From assembly GCF_009914755.1 (NCBI RefSeq), contig NC_060932.1: a stretch of 64,000 bases of DNA; one strand, 5' to 3'. Positions 29,876 to 45,199 of the stretch are shown piece after piece. The notes beneath the pieces are model-generated. The model searched no databases. It had not been told where the DNA came from and was given only the letters and a program-made list of their open reading frames with translations. The number at the start of each line of letters is the position of its first letter. Position 1 is the first letter of the stretch. The translations under genes were made by a program, and so were the position numbers. The DNA is from the human T2T-CHM13v2.0 reference genome, Homo sapiens.

Positions 29876-30265
29876 GGAATAACTCCATCTCCCACGTGGC
29901 GTGGCTGGCCTCGTGTCAGTTAAACTTTCTTTATTGCAACACCATGGTTTCAGTGAATTGGTTTTCTCTGTGCAGTGGGCAGGAGTTTTAATTTCTTAAT
30001 TTTGTATCCAGCCTTCAGGCGGTGACAGTGATTGGACAATCACTTTAGTAGCATGAGATACTGAGGCTACTGCACTCGGATGGAATGGGCAGGAAACATG
30101 ACTTGAATGCACCATGGACTCTACACCAGCATCTGTCCCCTGCAAAAGGGGCTCTGGGAACTAGAACAGTCATTCCCACCTTCTGAGCGCATTAGATCAC
30201 TGCAGGGAGCATTGGAACGTGCTTTCCTGGGCCGCTCTGGGCCCAGGCTCCCATGTGAGCATCCG

Positions 30266-30500
30266 TTTTAAACCAAAAATAAAATTCCGAAAACCAAAAG
30301 CCCCCCATCCAACTGAATGGACCCCTACTCTTGGCCAAGAGGATTCCAAACAAACCTGAAAAACAAGTCAGGCCGGACGGGAAGGGGAGGGTCTGATACG
30401 CCTCATTATCCTCTCCCTTTGGGGTCAGGAACAGCCGATGGCATTAACATTAACACAGAGACCTTCGGACTGACCAGACAGGCTCTGGAAGTGATAGGAA
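30266..30500 (+). mobile_element. MER4-group LTR 5' fragment (MER4B/D/E-like)
   Basis: TAAACCAAAAATAAAATTC...CCCCCC...ACTGAATGGACCCC...GGCCAAG. Confidence 0.65.
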
Positions 30501-30848
30501 CAAGGCCTAGGGTGCAGGAGGAGCCTCGAGGGCTCAGCTGGGCTAGCCTGGGTGGAGGGGCCACAAGAAACCCCTGAAATGACAGAGGTCAAGTTTCATG
30601 GCCAGAAAGACTGGAGTCAGAGTGAGGAAGGGGGATGCAGTGGCCAGCCTTTGCTGGGAGCTGCCTCTGTGGCCACGCCCAAAACTCCTCCCCCTGCATC
30701 GGCCACTCCAGTCCTTACGGTGGAACCACAGGCTCTTGTGAAAGGAAGATAAATCTCGAGACCCCAAGTCACTAAGCCAAAGGGAAGAATCAAGCTGGGA
30801 ACTGCATCAGGGAATCCCGCCTCCCATTTTACTTAAAACTGCAGATGC

Positions 30849-30983
30849 AGGCTGGGCATAGTTGTTCACACCTGTAAGACCAGCACTTTAGGAAACTGAG
30901 GCAGGAGGATTGCTTGAGTCCAGGAGTTTGAGACCATCCTGGGCCATGTAGCCAGGCCCTGTCTCTAAAAAATAAGAAAAAAA
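30849..30983 (+). mobile_element. Alu monomer (FLAM)
   Basis: Single arm with A tail; flanks share TGCAGAT. Confidence 0.75.
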
Positions 30984-31307
30984 TGCAGATTCACTAAGCC
31001 AGACTAAGGCAAGAGTGACTGTTCCTCTACCCCCCTTTCACATGTAAATTGTGTATTTGGTGAAAGAAGGGCTAATCCCAGACTCAAAAGAATGCAACTG
31101 TTTGTCTCTTATCTGCCTGTGACCTGGAAGCCCCCACTTTGAGTTGTCCCATCTTTCCAGACCAAACCAATGTGCATCTTACACCTACTGATTGACGTCT
31201 CACGTCTCCCTAAAATGTATAAAACCAAGCTGTGCCCCGACCACCCTGGGCACATGTGGTCACGACCTCCTGAGGCTGTGTCACGGGCTCATCCTTAACC
31301 TTGGCAA

Positions 31308-31970
<663 letters not shown>

Positions 31971-32256
31971 CGGCAAAATAAACTTTCTAAATGGATGGAG
32001 ACCTGTCTCAGATACTTTTGAGTTCACACTTTCATCTGTGGGCTGTGGTGTAATAGCATCTTTTCAAGCCTCCCTGTGGAGGTGGGATCTTTTGGAGTGA
32101 TTATTTATTTTTCTACGATGTGTAGCTTAATTTATGGTCTATGTACATTTTCCCCTTTGCAGCAGCTAACCTTCACTCATTTACTATAGTGATTTTTAGA
32201 ATTTTTACTGTTTGTCAATAACTTCCTTTGCAAAGTGTTCCTGCTTTCTGGCATGA

Positions 32257-32563
<307 letters not shown>

Positions 32564-33666
32564 TGATTTTTCTGTAACTACATCCTACTTATTCTGGACT
32601 AATGAGAAAATAGCAAGGGTGTCCATCTTCATCAACACTGCCTTGTTTGGACAGTTTGGTACAGGCTTCAAGGTTTCAGGCCTTAAGCTTTTGCAAATCA
32701 CTTGCTCAGAAAAACTGGGGACAGCAGGCCCATTTATATTCATTTTAAACACTTGACAAGAGGAAGATGTCATTTTACAAAGGGTAAATGTTTCTTTGGG
32801 TTATGCTGATAGGTTACTGTTAGTGCTAATTTAAAAAGACATGGTGTGTCAAAATATGGCTAACTGGTTCTTATATATTTCTTGCTAATTCAGCCATGAA
32901 TAAAATGGACTTGTACATATTGATACTTCTTATCTATTAAAGAAATCCACTCATTGTTTTAATCAGTATATAAATGTAATAAGTATTAGTTTTGGAAATA
33001 CAAATTACAATAAAGAGGGAAACAGACCATGTGTTAATATCTTGGTAAATTTCCTTCCTGTCGGTTCTCCTGTGTGTCTGCCCAAGGCCATGCACTAGCA
33101 GCGTTTCCTATGTTTGATTCACACCTTGCATAACTTACACACACTCCAGAGGTGGGTTTTATTCCCATCTGTACTAGTTTTAGGTGCGGCTGGGAGACGT
33201 GGAAGGAGGGACATGGCATGGCCACCACTGGGCGGGAGAAGTGAGCCTGCTTCTCCAGGATCTGCCTCTCCTCGCCTGTGGACCCAGCTGCTGCTCCTGC
33301 TTCTCCAGGGCTGTGGACCCAGCTGTCTCCTGGGTTTTCCTTGGGGCTGATTTTCACATGAAGCTGCTAATTTGGTATAGGAACACTCGGGAGTTTTGGT
33401 TTTCATTTCAACATCATCCCCTCCCCACCCTGCCCCCAGATAATCCTGTAACTCCCGGTCTCTCACTCACCTGTACAAGGAAGGTTTTGAAGTGGAGGCT
33501 ACCTCATGTCCTATCCCCTAAATATTTTCAGTAATATTTGTATCAATGGATTTTCTGAACCTTTAAAAACTAGAAATTCTCTCTCTCCACACAAAATATA
33601 TATGCTGTACATACTATATATAGTCATAAAAATGTATATACAAAAATTAAAAGTATATGTAAAAAG

Positions 33667-33955
33667 GGGCTGGATGCGGTGGCTCACACCTGTAATCCCA
33701 GCACTTTGGGAGGCCGAGGCAGGTGGATCACCTGAGTTCAGGAGTTCGAGACCAGCCTGGCCAACATGGTGAAACCCCATCTCTACTAAAATTACAAAAA
33801 TTAGCTAGGCATGGTGGTGGGCGCCTGTAATCCCAGCTACTTGGGAGGCTGAGGCAGGAGAATCGCTTGAAATCAGGAGGCAGAGGTTCAGTGAACTGAG
33901 ATCGCACCACTGCACTCTAGCCTGGGCAACAAGAGCAAAACTCCATTTCAAAAAA

Positions 33956-34007
<52 letters not shown>

Positions 34008-34010
34008 TAT
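33667..34010 (+). mobile_element. AluSp/Sq-like with A24-(AT)n-(AC)n tail
   Basis: Alu consensus with GGCAACAAGAGC. Confidence 0.9.
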
Positions 34011-34309
34011 ACGCAAAAAGGAGATTTTAATGAATATATAATTTTGTCAACTAAAAAATACAGAAAAAAAAGAATGGCTAAAAATTATTGGGTCTACAAC
34101 TTTAGAAATTGAATAGTAGAACAAACCAAAAGTATATTGAAGGGAGAAAATAAAAATAAGGCCAGAATTAATAAAGCAGGAGATAGTAATTCCATGGGTA
34201 CAAATGACAGAATGGATTTTGAAAAGACAGAAAAATTGGAAACCTCTAGCAAAATGATCAAAGGGAAAAAGAGACAGAGAAAAAGCATGGAGGTGCAGAC
34301 CAACAATCT

Positions 34310-35192
<883 letters not shown>

Positions 35193-35199
35193 GGCATGT

Positions 35200-36180
35200 A
35201 AAGGAATCCATATCTATACGGGCAGCAGAGAGTAAAACAATAATATGACAAGCTCATAAGCAGCTCCATGGCAACACATTTGAAATCTTAGAATCAATGC
35301 ACACATTCCTGCAAATATAGAAGTCCCCAGTACTGGCTGAAGAAACCTCAATAACTCTTCTTAAAAATTGAGTAAATAAAATTCTTCCAGCAAGAAAATG
35401 AAAGTTCAGGTGCTTTTATGAGCTACTTCTATCAAAAATTTCAGGAAGAGGGAGTTTAAAATTTAAACAGACTCTTCCAGAGAGTAGCAAAAATTCACAT
35501 ATTTGATGAGGTCAGTTTCAGCTTGGTGAGAACAGTATGAGACAGGGAAATGGCAAAACTCTCATTCATGAACAGAGATGGAAAAAAAGACTTCCAAAGT
35601 TAGCCAATCAAATACAGCAATTCTTTCAAAAATCTTTTACCTTGAATCTCCACATTACTACCTAAAGTAAAAAAAAAAAAATTATATGTTTATTCAATAA
35701 CTGCAGAAAAGGCCTTTGATAAAAATCAAACCCCATTAATAATAAAACCTCCTAACATATTAGAAATGGAAGGGAACTCCCTTAATCTGATAAAGGGTAT
35801 TTACACTCATATCAGATAAGCAAAATTTAACTCATAATACTCAGCCCAGTCGGTAGAAGTTTAAACAGTTTCAACTATTTGGAAAACAATTGGTGTCATC
35901 TGGGGAAACAAGATGTGGAGACCTAGTACCAGCAAATCCACTCTCAGACACACACCCTATGGAACGCATAAGCGCATGATAAACATATATGTGAATGTTC
36001 ACATCGGTATTGCTTATAATAGCCCTAAACCAGAAGTGACAGACATGTCCATCGGCATGATATATTCATGACTTAATTACTGTAGAGGAGTGAAAAAGAA
36101 GGAACGTATTGGGAACGACAAAGAAAGCCTCAGAAAAACACATGTAGTATGTTACCAGTTGTATAAGATACCAAGAACGT
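35200..36180 (+). mobile_element. Old L1M fragments
   Basis: GCAGAAAAGGCCTTTGATAAAAATCAA..CC, GAAGGGAACTCCCTTAATCTGATAAAGGG (ORF2-like). Confidence 0.6.
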
Positions 36181-36188
36181 GCAAAGCC

Positions 36189-36483
36189 ACCAGGCGTGGT
36201 GTGGTGGGCCTATAGTCCCAGCACTTTGGGAGGCTGAGGTGGGCAGATTGCTTCAGTACGGGAGTTCAAGACCAACCTGGGCAACACAGCGAAACCCCAT
36301 CTATAGAAATTAGCTGGGCATGGTGGTGCACACCTGTAGTCCCAGCTACTCGGAAGGCTGAGGTGGGAGGATCACCTGAGCTGAGGGAAGTCAAGGCTGC
36401 AGTGAGCTGTAATACCACACTGCACTCCAGCCTGGGCAACAGAGTGAGACCCTGCCTCAAAAACAAACAAACAAACAAAAAAA
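36189..36483 (+). mobile_element. AluJ
   Basis: Alu consensus with (AAAC)n tail. Confidence 0.88.
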
Positions 36484-36982
36484 CATGCAAATCTAAACAT
36501 ATACGAGAAAGACAAGCAGACACAGGCTAGGTTGAGACGTGGGTATTAGAGCAATAAACTAAAGCAAGGGATGATCAAACCCCAATTTAGGATACTCCAG
36601 GTACCACTGGGGATGGAGGAAGGGATGGAAGTATCCTGTTAATAGTCTGTGAAACTGAGTGATAGGTACAGGGTATACATCCTATTATTCTTCCCATCTG
36701 TGTGTGTGCTACATGGGTGATTCTGCACATGTGCAATAGGTCATGAACTTTCATGATATGCTAACATGATCTCAGGTGAGATACTGGCATTATGCGCTTG
36801 GTTGAGTCAATTATGTGGTGCTTTATGGAACGAATGGCAAAGAAACCAAATAGCAAGATTTGTCTGCAATGAAACTTTAGATTGGTACACAGCCGTCTAC
36901 TGGTTGGGCACTTTGAGCTCATGTATCTCAACTCATAGGCCTACGAGTTAAACACTTTATCCACAAGTATCCAGCTAGTTGA

Positions 36983-37369
<387 letters not shown>

Positions 37370-38120
37370 TAAATACGAGTTAAGTTTCCTATGATTTCAA
37401 CTAAGATATCCATGTCTGTTTTCAGAAGAGGAAATGCTTAGGAGGATTTAGAATTGATACCATTTCCCCTCGAAATAGTTTGCTAATATTGTTCGTGTTC
37501 TGTAACATGGAAGGCTTGTGTAAGTTTTACTCGGGAAGGAAATAGAAGGGATTTAAACAACGCCATTGTGAATATGGAGTGAGTCAGAGTCTTTCTACAA
37601 ATGCTTGAAAATCTTGGCTGGGTCCAACCCAGCGGTGGCCAATATTGTGGAAATACAAAGGGCGAGTCTGTTTGGTTTTGAGAATAGCTTCCTGGTGGTC
37701 TGTTTGTTAAATATTTCAGTTCTATCAGAATTAAATTTGAGGACAATTAGGTGAAAATTGAAAAAAGTTGTTAAAATGTTTAATTATGCCTGTGATAGAA
37801 GAACGGAATGCACCGGTATGAAAAGCATGCCAACAGCACAGGCACCTTCTGGGGAGCAGCTGCACATGGAGCCCCTGACTCCAGACGGCTGCCTGCAGGC
37901 CGCGTGTGGAGGCCGCGTGTGGAGGCCGTGAGTGGAGGCCGCGAGTGAGGAAAACTCCCCGGCAGCGTCGCTCTGACTCACACGAAACCTGCCAAAGCCA
38001 TAGGCCCATGCATTTGGAATAAGTAATATAAAATAAGGTTTCTATACCCGAAAGTAAACCAAAGGGAAAAGTATTACAGAGTAATATAATTGAATAAAAA
38101 ATCATTTAAAATTTCTATTA

Positions 38121-38465
<345 letters not shown>

Positions 38466-40574
38466 CCAAAGCCACAGGCCCATGCATTTGGAATGATAAG
38501 TAATACAAAACAAGGCTTCTATACCCAAAGTTAAACCAAACAGAAAAGTAATACATAATAATATAAATAAGAAATCATTTAAAAATTTCTATTAAAGATC
38601 GATGCTCAAAAAAAGTAAGTGTAATTAGGAAGAGTGAAGAGGAAAGACTTTAGCAGAACCTGAAAGAGACTGGCAGGGTCGACAGAGGAACTTCAAGGTT
38701 CGGACTGTTACTTTCACCTGTTGGAGAACTTCATAAATGAGGATGCACGGTGTGAACTCGTGTGTCTCACTCCTTGCACTTGGCGTCATATTTTGAGATG
38801 TTTCCATGTTGTTCTTTTTCACTGCTGAGTACCATTCCATTGTATGACCGTAGCACGATGTGTTTATCTATTTACCTACCGATGCGTTGTTACCAGTGGG
38901 GCTATTTTGAATAAAGCTGCTAAGAACTTTCTTGTTCTTAAAACATAAATTTTATTACTTGGTGCGAACACCTAGGAGTAGAGTTTCTGGGTCGTGTGCT
39001 TACTTTGTAAGGGACTGTAAACTCTTTTTCAAATAAAACGTATTACTTTACACTCCCATAAGCAACATTTAAGAATTCCAGTGATTCTGTGGCCCTGCCA
39101 ACACTTTGTATTGTCAAACTTTTTAACTGTATCATTCTAGTGGGTAAACAGCTCGTTTTAATTAAATTAAGGGTAGGGTCATTTTCAGAGGATCACAAAC
39201 AGAACAAAGAGAGGGAAACAAGATCAGAGTTCTTAAGGGAATTAAGAAAAATAAGAAAGATGATTGAGAAAAACTAAGGACACGGTACCCGCATTGTCCC
39301 TTAGGGGGATGAAAAGGAGTGTTCAGCAGAAATCAGTCTGATGTTCCTCTACGTGCTGTAGGTAGAGGCATTGGCCCAGCGGAGCGAAAACCATGTGGAA
39401 CAGGGGGAGTGAGAGGTAACTTAGCGGAGGCGTGCAGGGCCCACCGTTTGTACCGGCTGCTCGAGCGTTACGTATCCATTAGGACTCGTACGATCCCATT
39501 CTAATCAACCACTGGCCTTCCTACTTGCAGCACATACATCCTAGAAATCTGAAGAGAATAAATATTTTTATATAAAACTTTTGAAATATTTGAAATATTT
39601 CTTAAAATGTCATGCCATCTGCTGATGTGGTCCCGTGGGAAAGACGGAAACCAAGAGTTATATGATTCAGGCTTCCCTCAATCTCTGCAGACCACAGAAC
39701 AAACTGGGGAGAGATGAACAACAAGCCGGCCCACCCGCTGCTGCAGGAACTCACGTTTCTGAGAGCCTTGCCCTTAGTCCGCGTAGTGGGAGGGAAGCCT
39801 TGCAGGTTCCTGAGATTCCATATGGCTCCAGGTGTGCATTCTGTAGAGTCGGGCTGGCGGCCTAGCAGAGAATGCGACTGGAAGGAGAAAACGGGGGAAA
39901 ACGGGGGGGAAAGCAGAGGAGTCATCCCAGCACGGACCCCGAAACCTAGGCAGGGTGGCAAATGGCAGGGGCGGAGAAGGGGCGGATGTGGGAAAACTTG
40001 CCCAGCCCAAGGGGATGCCCTGCAGCAGCGAATGGCTGGGACAAGTCCAGCGGGGACAGAGAGCAGCCTAAGGGCCACCCCAGGTTCACGCAGGCCCAGG
40101 GGGAGGCCTCTGCAGAGGGAAGGGTCACGAGGCCAGAGAACATGGAGGGCACACAGTGGGGTGAGAAGCAGACACAGCCACGGTGTCCTCGCTCAGGCGC
40201 TCTGCAGACTCAGACCCAGAGTCCAGAATTCACACGGACCTGTGTCTAGGGAACAGTCCCCGAGAAGCTACCAGTGGGGGGAAGAGGGGGTGAGGAAGGG
40301 GAGGAGGCCACACGGCTGCATCTTTAGGGAGTCCCGGCCCAGCTGGACCCTCAGAGGGTTCTACAGCACGAACTTCACCTGCCCGAGACCCCTCATATCA
40401 GCCCCCAGGCTCTCCACACCTGAGCCCCTCAGCCATGGATATGGGAGACCCAGCTCTAGCAATGGGCAAAGTGTCCCCACAGCCCAAGGACAGACCCCAG
40501 ACCAAAGATGAGGAGGGCGGCTTTCAGGAAAAAAGAAAAAAACTGTAGGATGGGCGACGACACGGGAGAAGATC

Positions 40575-40998
40575 CCGGGATGGAGGGGAGACCCCACTAG
40601 GGGATGGAGGGGAACCCCCACTGGAGGAGAGACAGGGAGCTGTGAGGGATCCTGGGATGGAGGGGAGCCCACACTGGGTGATGGACAGGGAGATATGAGG
40701 GGTCCTGCGATGGAGGGGAGACCACACTGGAGGATGGACAGGGAGATGTGAGGGGGTCCTGGGATGGAGGGGAGCCCACACTGGAAGATGGACAGGGAGC
40801 TGTGAGGGGTCCTGGGATGGAGGGGAGCCCACACTGGAAGATGGACAGGGAGCTGTGAGGGGTCCTGGGATGGAGGGGAGCCCACACTGGGTGATGGACA
40901 GGGAGCTGTGAGGGGTCCTGGGATGGAGGGGAGCCCACACTGGAGGATGGACAGGGAGCTGTGAGGGGTCCTGCGATGGAGGGGAGACCACACTGGAG
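40575..40998. repeat. 53-bp G-rich minisatellite, ~7 copies (GGGAGCTGTGAGGGGTCCTGGGATGGAGGGGAGCCCACACTGGAAGATGGACA)
   Basis: Period 53 (40635, 40688, 40741, 40795, 40848, 40901, 40954). Confidence 0.93.
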
Positions 40999-41825
40999 CA
41001 TGGGCACAGGGGACTCTGAGGGGATCCTAGGGCAGGGGGAGCATGACTGGCCGTCTTTGAAAGGAGTTTTGAACATTTTCAGTGGAGTTTGTTGTGCTTG
41101 TGAATTTTGTGCCTGTTTTGAACTAGCAATAGAATCACAGGTAAACTCTGCACATCACAGGACTGCTGTGGCCTTGAGCAGGAAGAGGACTGTGTCCCCT
41201 GTGAACAGAGCTGAGGAGCTGTTATACAGCACGTTGGTTTCCCTTCAGATAAGCGTGCCCATTCAGCCTGCATGTTTCTGGATACAGTTGGACCCAGCAC
41301 CATATTTTCCGTCCCTCTCTGACTATTTTTCATCTTCTTACTCTCCTCCCGTATCTAGTAACATTATGCCTTATGAATTTCCCACGTCCCTCCTCATGTG
41401 GTCCCGCATCCTACATCTTTCCTTGCCCTTGTTCCCTTGTAAACCTACCTGTCCTCGAAGCTCTTCCTAAATGGTCCTCAAATGACTAGTGTGGATCTGG
41501 CCAACTGCTGGTGTTCAGCTGTGTGCGTTATAAATGCGGGACTTCAGGAAACACCCTTACGTTATAACTGAGGCTTTCAGTGCTTTAACCAGGAGTAACA
41601 GGGAACTTCAGGCCAGTGGGTCAGAAGGACGGAAGACTCACCTACACAGGCGTGTTTTGGGTGTGGGGCACTCTCCCCTGTGGCCCTCAAATCATGGCCC
41701 ATCCTGGCCACGTGTCCTGCTATGCACTGACCCCTCCCCACGCTCTCCTATATGCTGAGGGCTAGAGCATGTTCCGAACGCCAGGTCCCCAGTGCAGGAG
41801 AGAGCCCTGGATGTCACCACCAGAG

Positions 41826-41975
41826 CCCCTCCCCCGCCCCACCCGGGCCCCACTCCTCCCCCACCGGGCCCCACCCCACTCCCCCACCCCCTGCCCCACT
41901 CCCCAACTTCCTGCCCCCCTCCCCGACCCCTGTTCCTTCCCCCCCGCCCCCCCCCACCCCACTCCCTCCCGCCCC
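41826..41975. repeat. C-rich low-complexity tract
   Basis: Many C4-C9 runs. Confidence 0.85.
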
Positions 41976-42173
41976 TGGTTTCTGCATTGACACTCCTTCC
42001 AGCCCTGCCACTGACCTCTGAGCTGTGCTGGCAGAGGCTGGCTCTAGATGACGGAGGGGAAGGACAGGGGGCAGGATGGAGGGAGGTGCTGGTGGGGCCT
42101 GCCCCACATGAGAGTCGTGGCCCTCCCTGGGCCTTAGGTGAGCCCCCGCAAAGGGGAAGCATTTAAAGGGAAG

Positions 42174-42302
42174 CACTTCCTCCATCCTCCCTCACCACGT
42201 CCTGAGCTGGGTCATTCACTTCCTCCATCCTCCCCTAGCACCTCCTGAGCTGGGTCATTCACTTCCTCCATCCTCCCCTAGCACCTCCTGAGCTGGGTCA
42301 TT
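42174..42302. repeat. 43-bp tandem repeat x3
   Basis: CACTTCCTCCATCCTCCCCTAGCACCTCCTGAGCTGGGTCATT. Confidence 0.9.
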
Positions 42303-42780
42303 AGGAGAGTGGCATTCCCTTCTTCCAGTTCGCTCCTCTTCACTTCTCCCTCCCATTTGAGCAAAGCAAGAAAACAGGCTTAGTTGTTGCAAGAGCTCTG
42401 GAAACAAAAACATCACTGTTTTCCTCCTGGAACAATGCTTCCTTCTCCCCCACCGCATTCATGCTGACTCCTTTGAAACAGAGGAACAGTGTTAAGCCTC
42501 TGGATCTTTTCTGGGTGCCTCCAGCCTCCTCTCTGCTGCTTCTCTTTTTTACCTTTCCTCTCCTCTGCCCCTCTTTTGCCTTTGGCCTGCCCTCCATCAA
42601 ACGGGGGATGGATGGAGCGGGCATGGGAATCAGACATGTTTCAGGCAAGCCACCTACAGGGCCCGTCTTGGGAAGGCCGGCTGTCCGTGCTGGCTGCTCT
42701 TCGGACACAGGCATCGTATAATTTCCCTCTTTTCACTCCTTCCTTAATGACCACCTTCTACTTACCAAGGTGCATTTCTA

Positions 42781-43010
42781 TTTTTGTTTTGTTTTGTTTT
42801 TGAGAGAGTCTCACTTTGACGCCCAGGCTGGAGGGCAGTGGTGCCATCATAGCTCGCTGTGGCCTCACGCTCTTGGGCCCAAGTGATCCCCCAGCCCCAG
42901 CCTCCCAAGTAGCTGGGACCATAGGTGCACGCCACCAGGCTCAGCTATTTTATTTATGTATTAATTTTTTTGTAGAGGCGAGTCTTGCCATGATGGCCAG
43001 GTTGGTTCAA
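42781..43010 (-). mobile_element. Partial AluJ
   Basis: Right arm plus part of the left arm; TSD AAGGTGCATTTCTA. Confidence 0.82.
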
Positions 43011-43382
43011 GGTGCATTTCTAATTCAGCAGACCAGACTAGTGTGAGTGAACCCCTAGAGACACACTGCAATGCTCGTTTATGTAGCTAGGGACAAGCCT
43101 CTGTTTCAGCCAGACCATCCGCTCTAGGCTCTCCAGCCGGGAAGGCAAGACCCCAAGGCCACTGAATGCCCCGTGAGATGTGGGTGTTGGCATCTATGCT
43201 GGGAGCCCTCGCTGTGTGGACTGGACTATCTCTTAGCTTGGGATGAGAGGAGGACCATGCTCACGTAGGGAAGCCGAGTGTGCCGAGTGTGTGTTCTGTC
43301 TGCCCCTCCACTTTCCCTTCTTCTGCAATCCGTTTTCCTGGTGACATCTACCCACTGTTTTCTCCCACCGAAATGTCCGCAG

Positions 43383-43942
43383 TGTGTTCCTCAGCCTGTT
43401 TGTGTTGCTAGAAAGGAACACCTGAGGTTAGGTAATTTATAAAGAAAAGAGGTTTATTTGGCCCCTTTTTGTACTAGAAGCATGGCGCCAGCACCTGCAC
43501 CTGGGGAGGGGCTCAGGCTGCTTCCACTCACGGTGGAAGGGGAAGAGGAGCCGGCACGCGGAGAGATCAGAGAGAGAAAGTGGCAGGAGGCGGCCAGGCG
43601 CGGTGGCTCATGCCTGTAATCCCAGCACTTTGGGAGGCCTAGACAGGAGGATCACCCGAGGTCAGGAGTTTGAGATGAGCCTGGGCAACATGGCACGACC
43701 TCATTACTACTAAACATACACAAATTAGCCAGGTGTGGTGGTAAATGCCTGTAATCCCAGCTACTTGGGAGGTTGAGGCAGGAGAATTGCTTGAACACAG
43801 AGGTGGAGGTTGCAGTGAGCTCAGATCGTGCCACTGTACTACAGCCTGGGCGACAGAGCAAGACACCAAGACTCCGTCGAAAGAAACAGAAAGGAAGGAA
43901 GGAAGGAGAGAGTGAGAGAAAGAGAAAGAAAAGAAAGAAGGA

Positions 43943-44009
<67 letters not shown>

Positions 44010-44270
44010 GAGGGAGGGAGGGAGGGAGGGAGGGAGGGAGGGAGGAAGGAAGGAAAGAAAGAAAAGAAAGGAAGCATGGGGGAGGTGCCAGGCTCTTTTT
44101 AGCATCCAGCTTTCACAGAACTAATACAGCAAGAAGTCACTCACAGCCCCTCCATTAATCTATTCACGAGGGACCCACCCCCATAACGCAGACACTTCCA
44201 ACCAGGAGGCACCTCCAACACGGGATACAATTTCAACATGAGATTTGGAGCGGACACACATGCAGGCCAT
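43383..44270 (-). mobile_element. MST-type MaLR LTR split by an Alu
   Basis: GGTAATTTATAAAGAAAAGAGGTTTATTTGG...CAATTTCAACATGAGATTTGGAG. Confidence 0.75.
43592..44072 (+). mobile_element. AluS with an expanded (GAAA)n(GGGA)n tail
   Basis: Alu consensus followed by a purine tetranucleotide STR. Confidence 0.9.
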
Positions 44271-44274
44271 GGCG

Positions 44275-45172
44275 GCGTTCTAACGAGATGGGGTGCAGCG
44301 TTCTAACGAGACGGGGTGCAGCGTTCTAACGAGACGGGGTGCAGCGTTCTAACGAGACGGGGTGCAGCGTTCTAACGAGACGGGGTGCAGCGTTCTAACG
44401 AGACGGGGTGCAGCGTTCTAACCAGATGGGGTGCAGCGTTCTAACGAGATGGGGTGCAGCGTTCTAACCAGATGGGGTGCAGCGTTCTAACGAGATGGGG
44501 TACAGCGTTCTAACGAGATGGGGTGCAGCGTTCTAACCAGATGGGGTGCAGCGTTCTAACGAGATGGGGTGCAGCGTTCTAACCAGATGGGGTGCAGCGT
44601 TCTAACGAGACGGGGTGCAGCTTTCTAACGAAATGGGGTGCAGCGTTCTAACGAGACGGGGTGCAGCATTCTAACGAGACGGGTGCAGCGTTCTAACGAG
44701 ATGGGGTGCAGCGTTCTAACGAGACGGGGTGCAGCGTTCTAACGAGACGGGGTGCAGCGTTCTAACGAGATGGGGTGCAGCGTTCTAACCAGATGGGGTG
44801 CAGCGTTCTAACGATGGGGTGCAGCGTTCTAACCAGATGGGGTGCAGCGTTCTAACCAGATGGGGTGCAGCGTTCTAACGAGATGGGGTGCAGCGTTCTA
44901 ACCAGATGGGGTGCAGCGTTCTAACGAGATGGGGTGCAGCTTTCTAACGAGATGGGGTGCAGCGTCCTAACGAGACGGGGTGCAGCGTTCTAACCAGATG
45001 GGGTGCAGCATTCTAACGAGATGGGGTGCAGCTTTCTAACGAGACGGGGTGCAGCTTTCTAACGAGACGGGGTGCAGCGTTCTAACCAGATGGGGTGCAG
45101 CGTTCCAACGAGACGGGGTGCAGCGTTCTAACGAGATGGGGTGCAGCGTTCTAACGAGACGGGGTGCAGCGT
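44275..45172. repeat. 23-bp VNTR, ~39 copies (GCGTTCTAACGAGAYGGGGTGCA)
   Basis: Homogeneous tandem array with few variant units. Confidence 0.97.
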
Positions 45173-45199
45173 CCGTTTGGGAAGGCGGAAGAAGCCTGT

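Larger units (their letters stand above)
28936..30027 (+). mobile_element. LTR8A-like ERV1 solo LTR, interrupted by LTR7
   Basis: Starts TGAAACCACCTTT, ends GGCGGTGACA; 4-bp TSD GTGA on both sides; internal text matches the LTR8 family. Confidence 0.8.

Noticed and set aside
44275-45172. Regular short-repeat arrays (this one and 57163-57704) as CRISPR
   Set aside because: Head-to-tail units with no unique spacers
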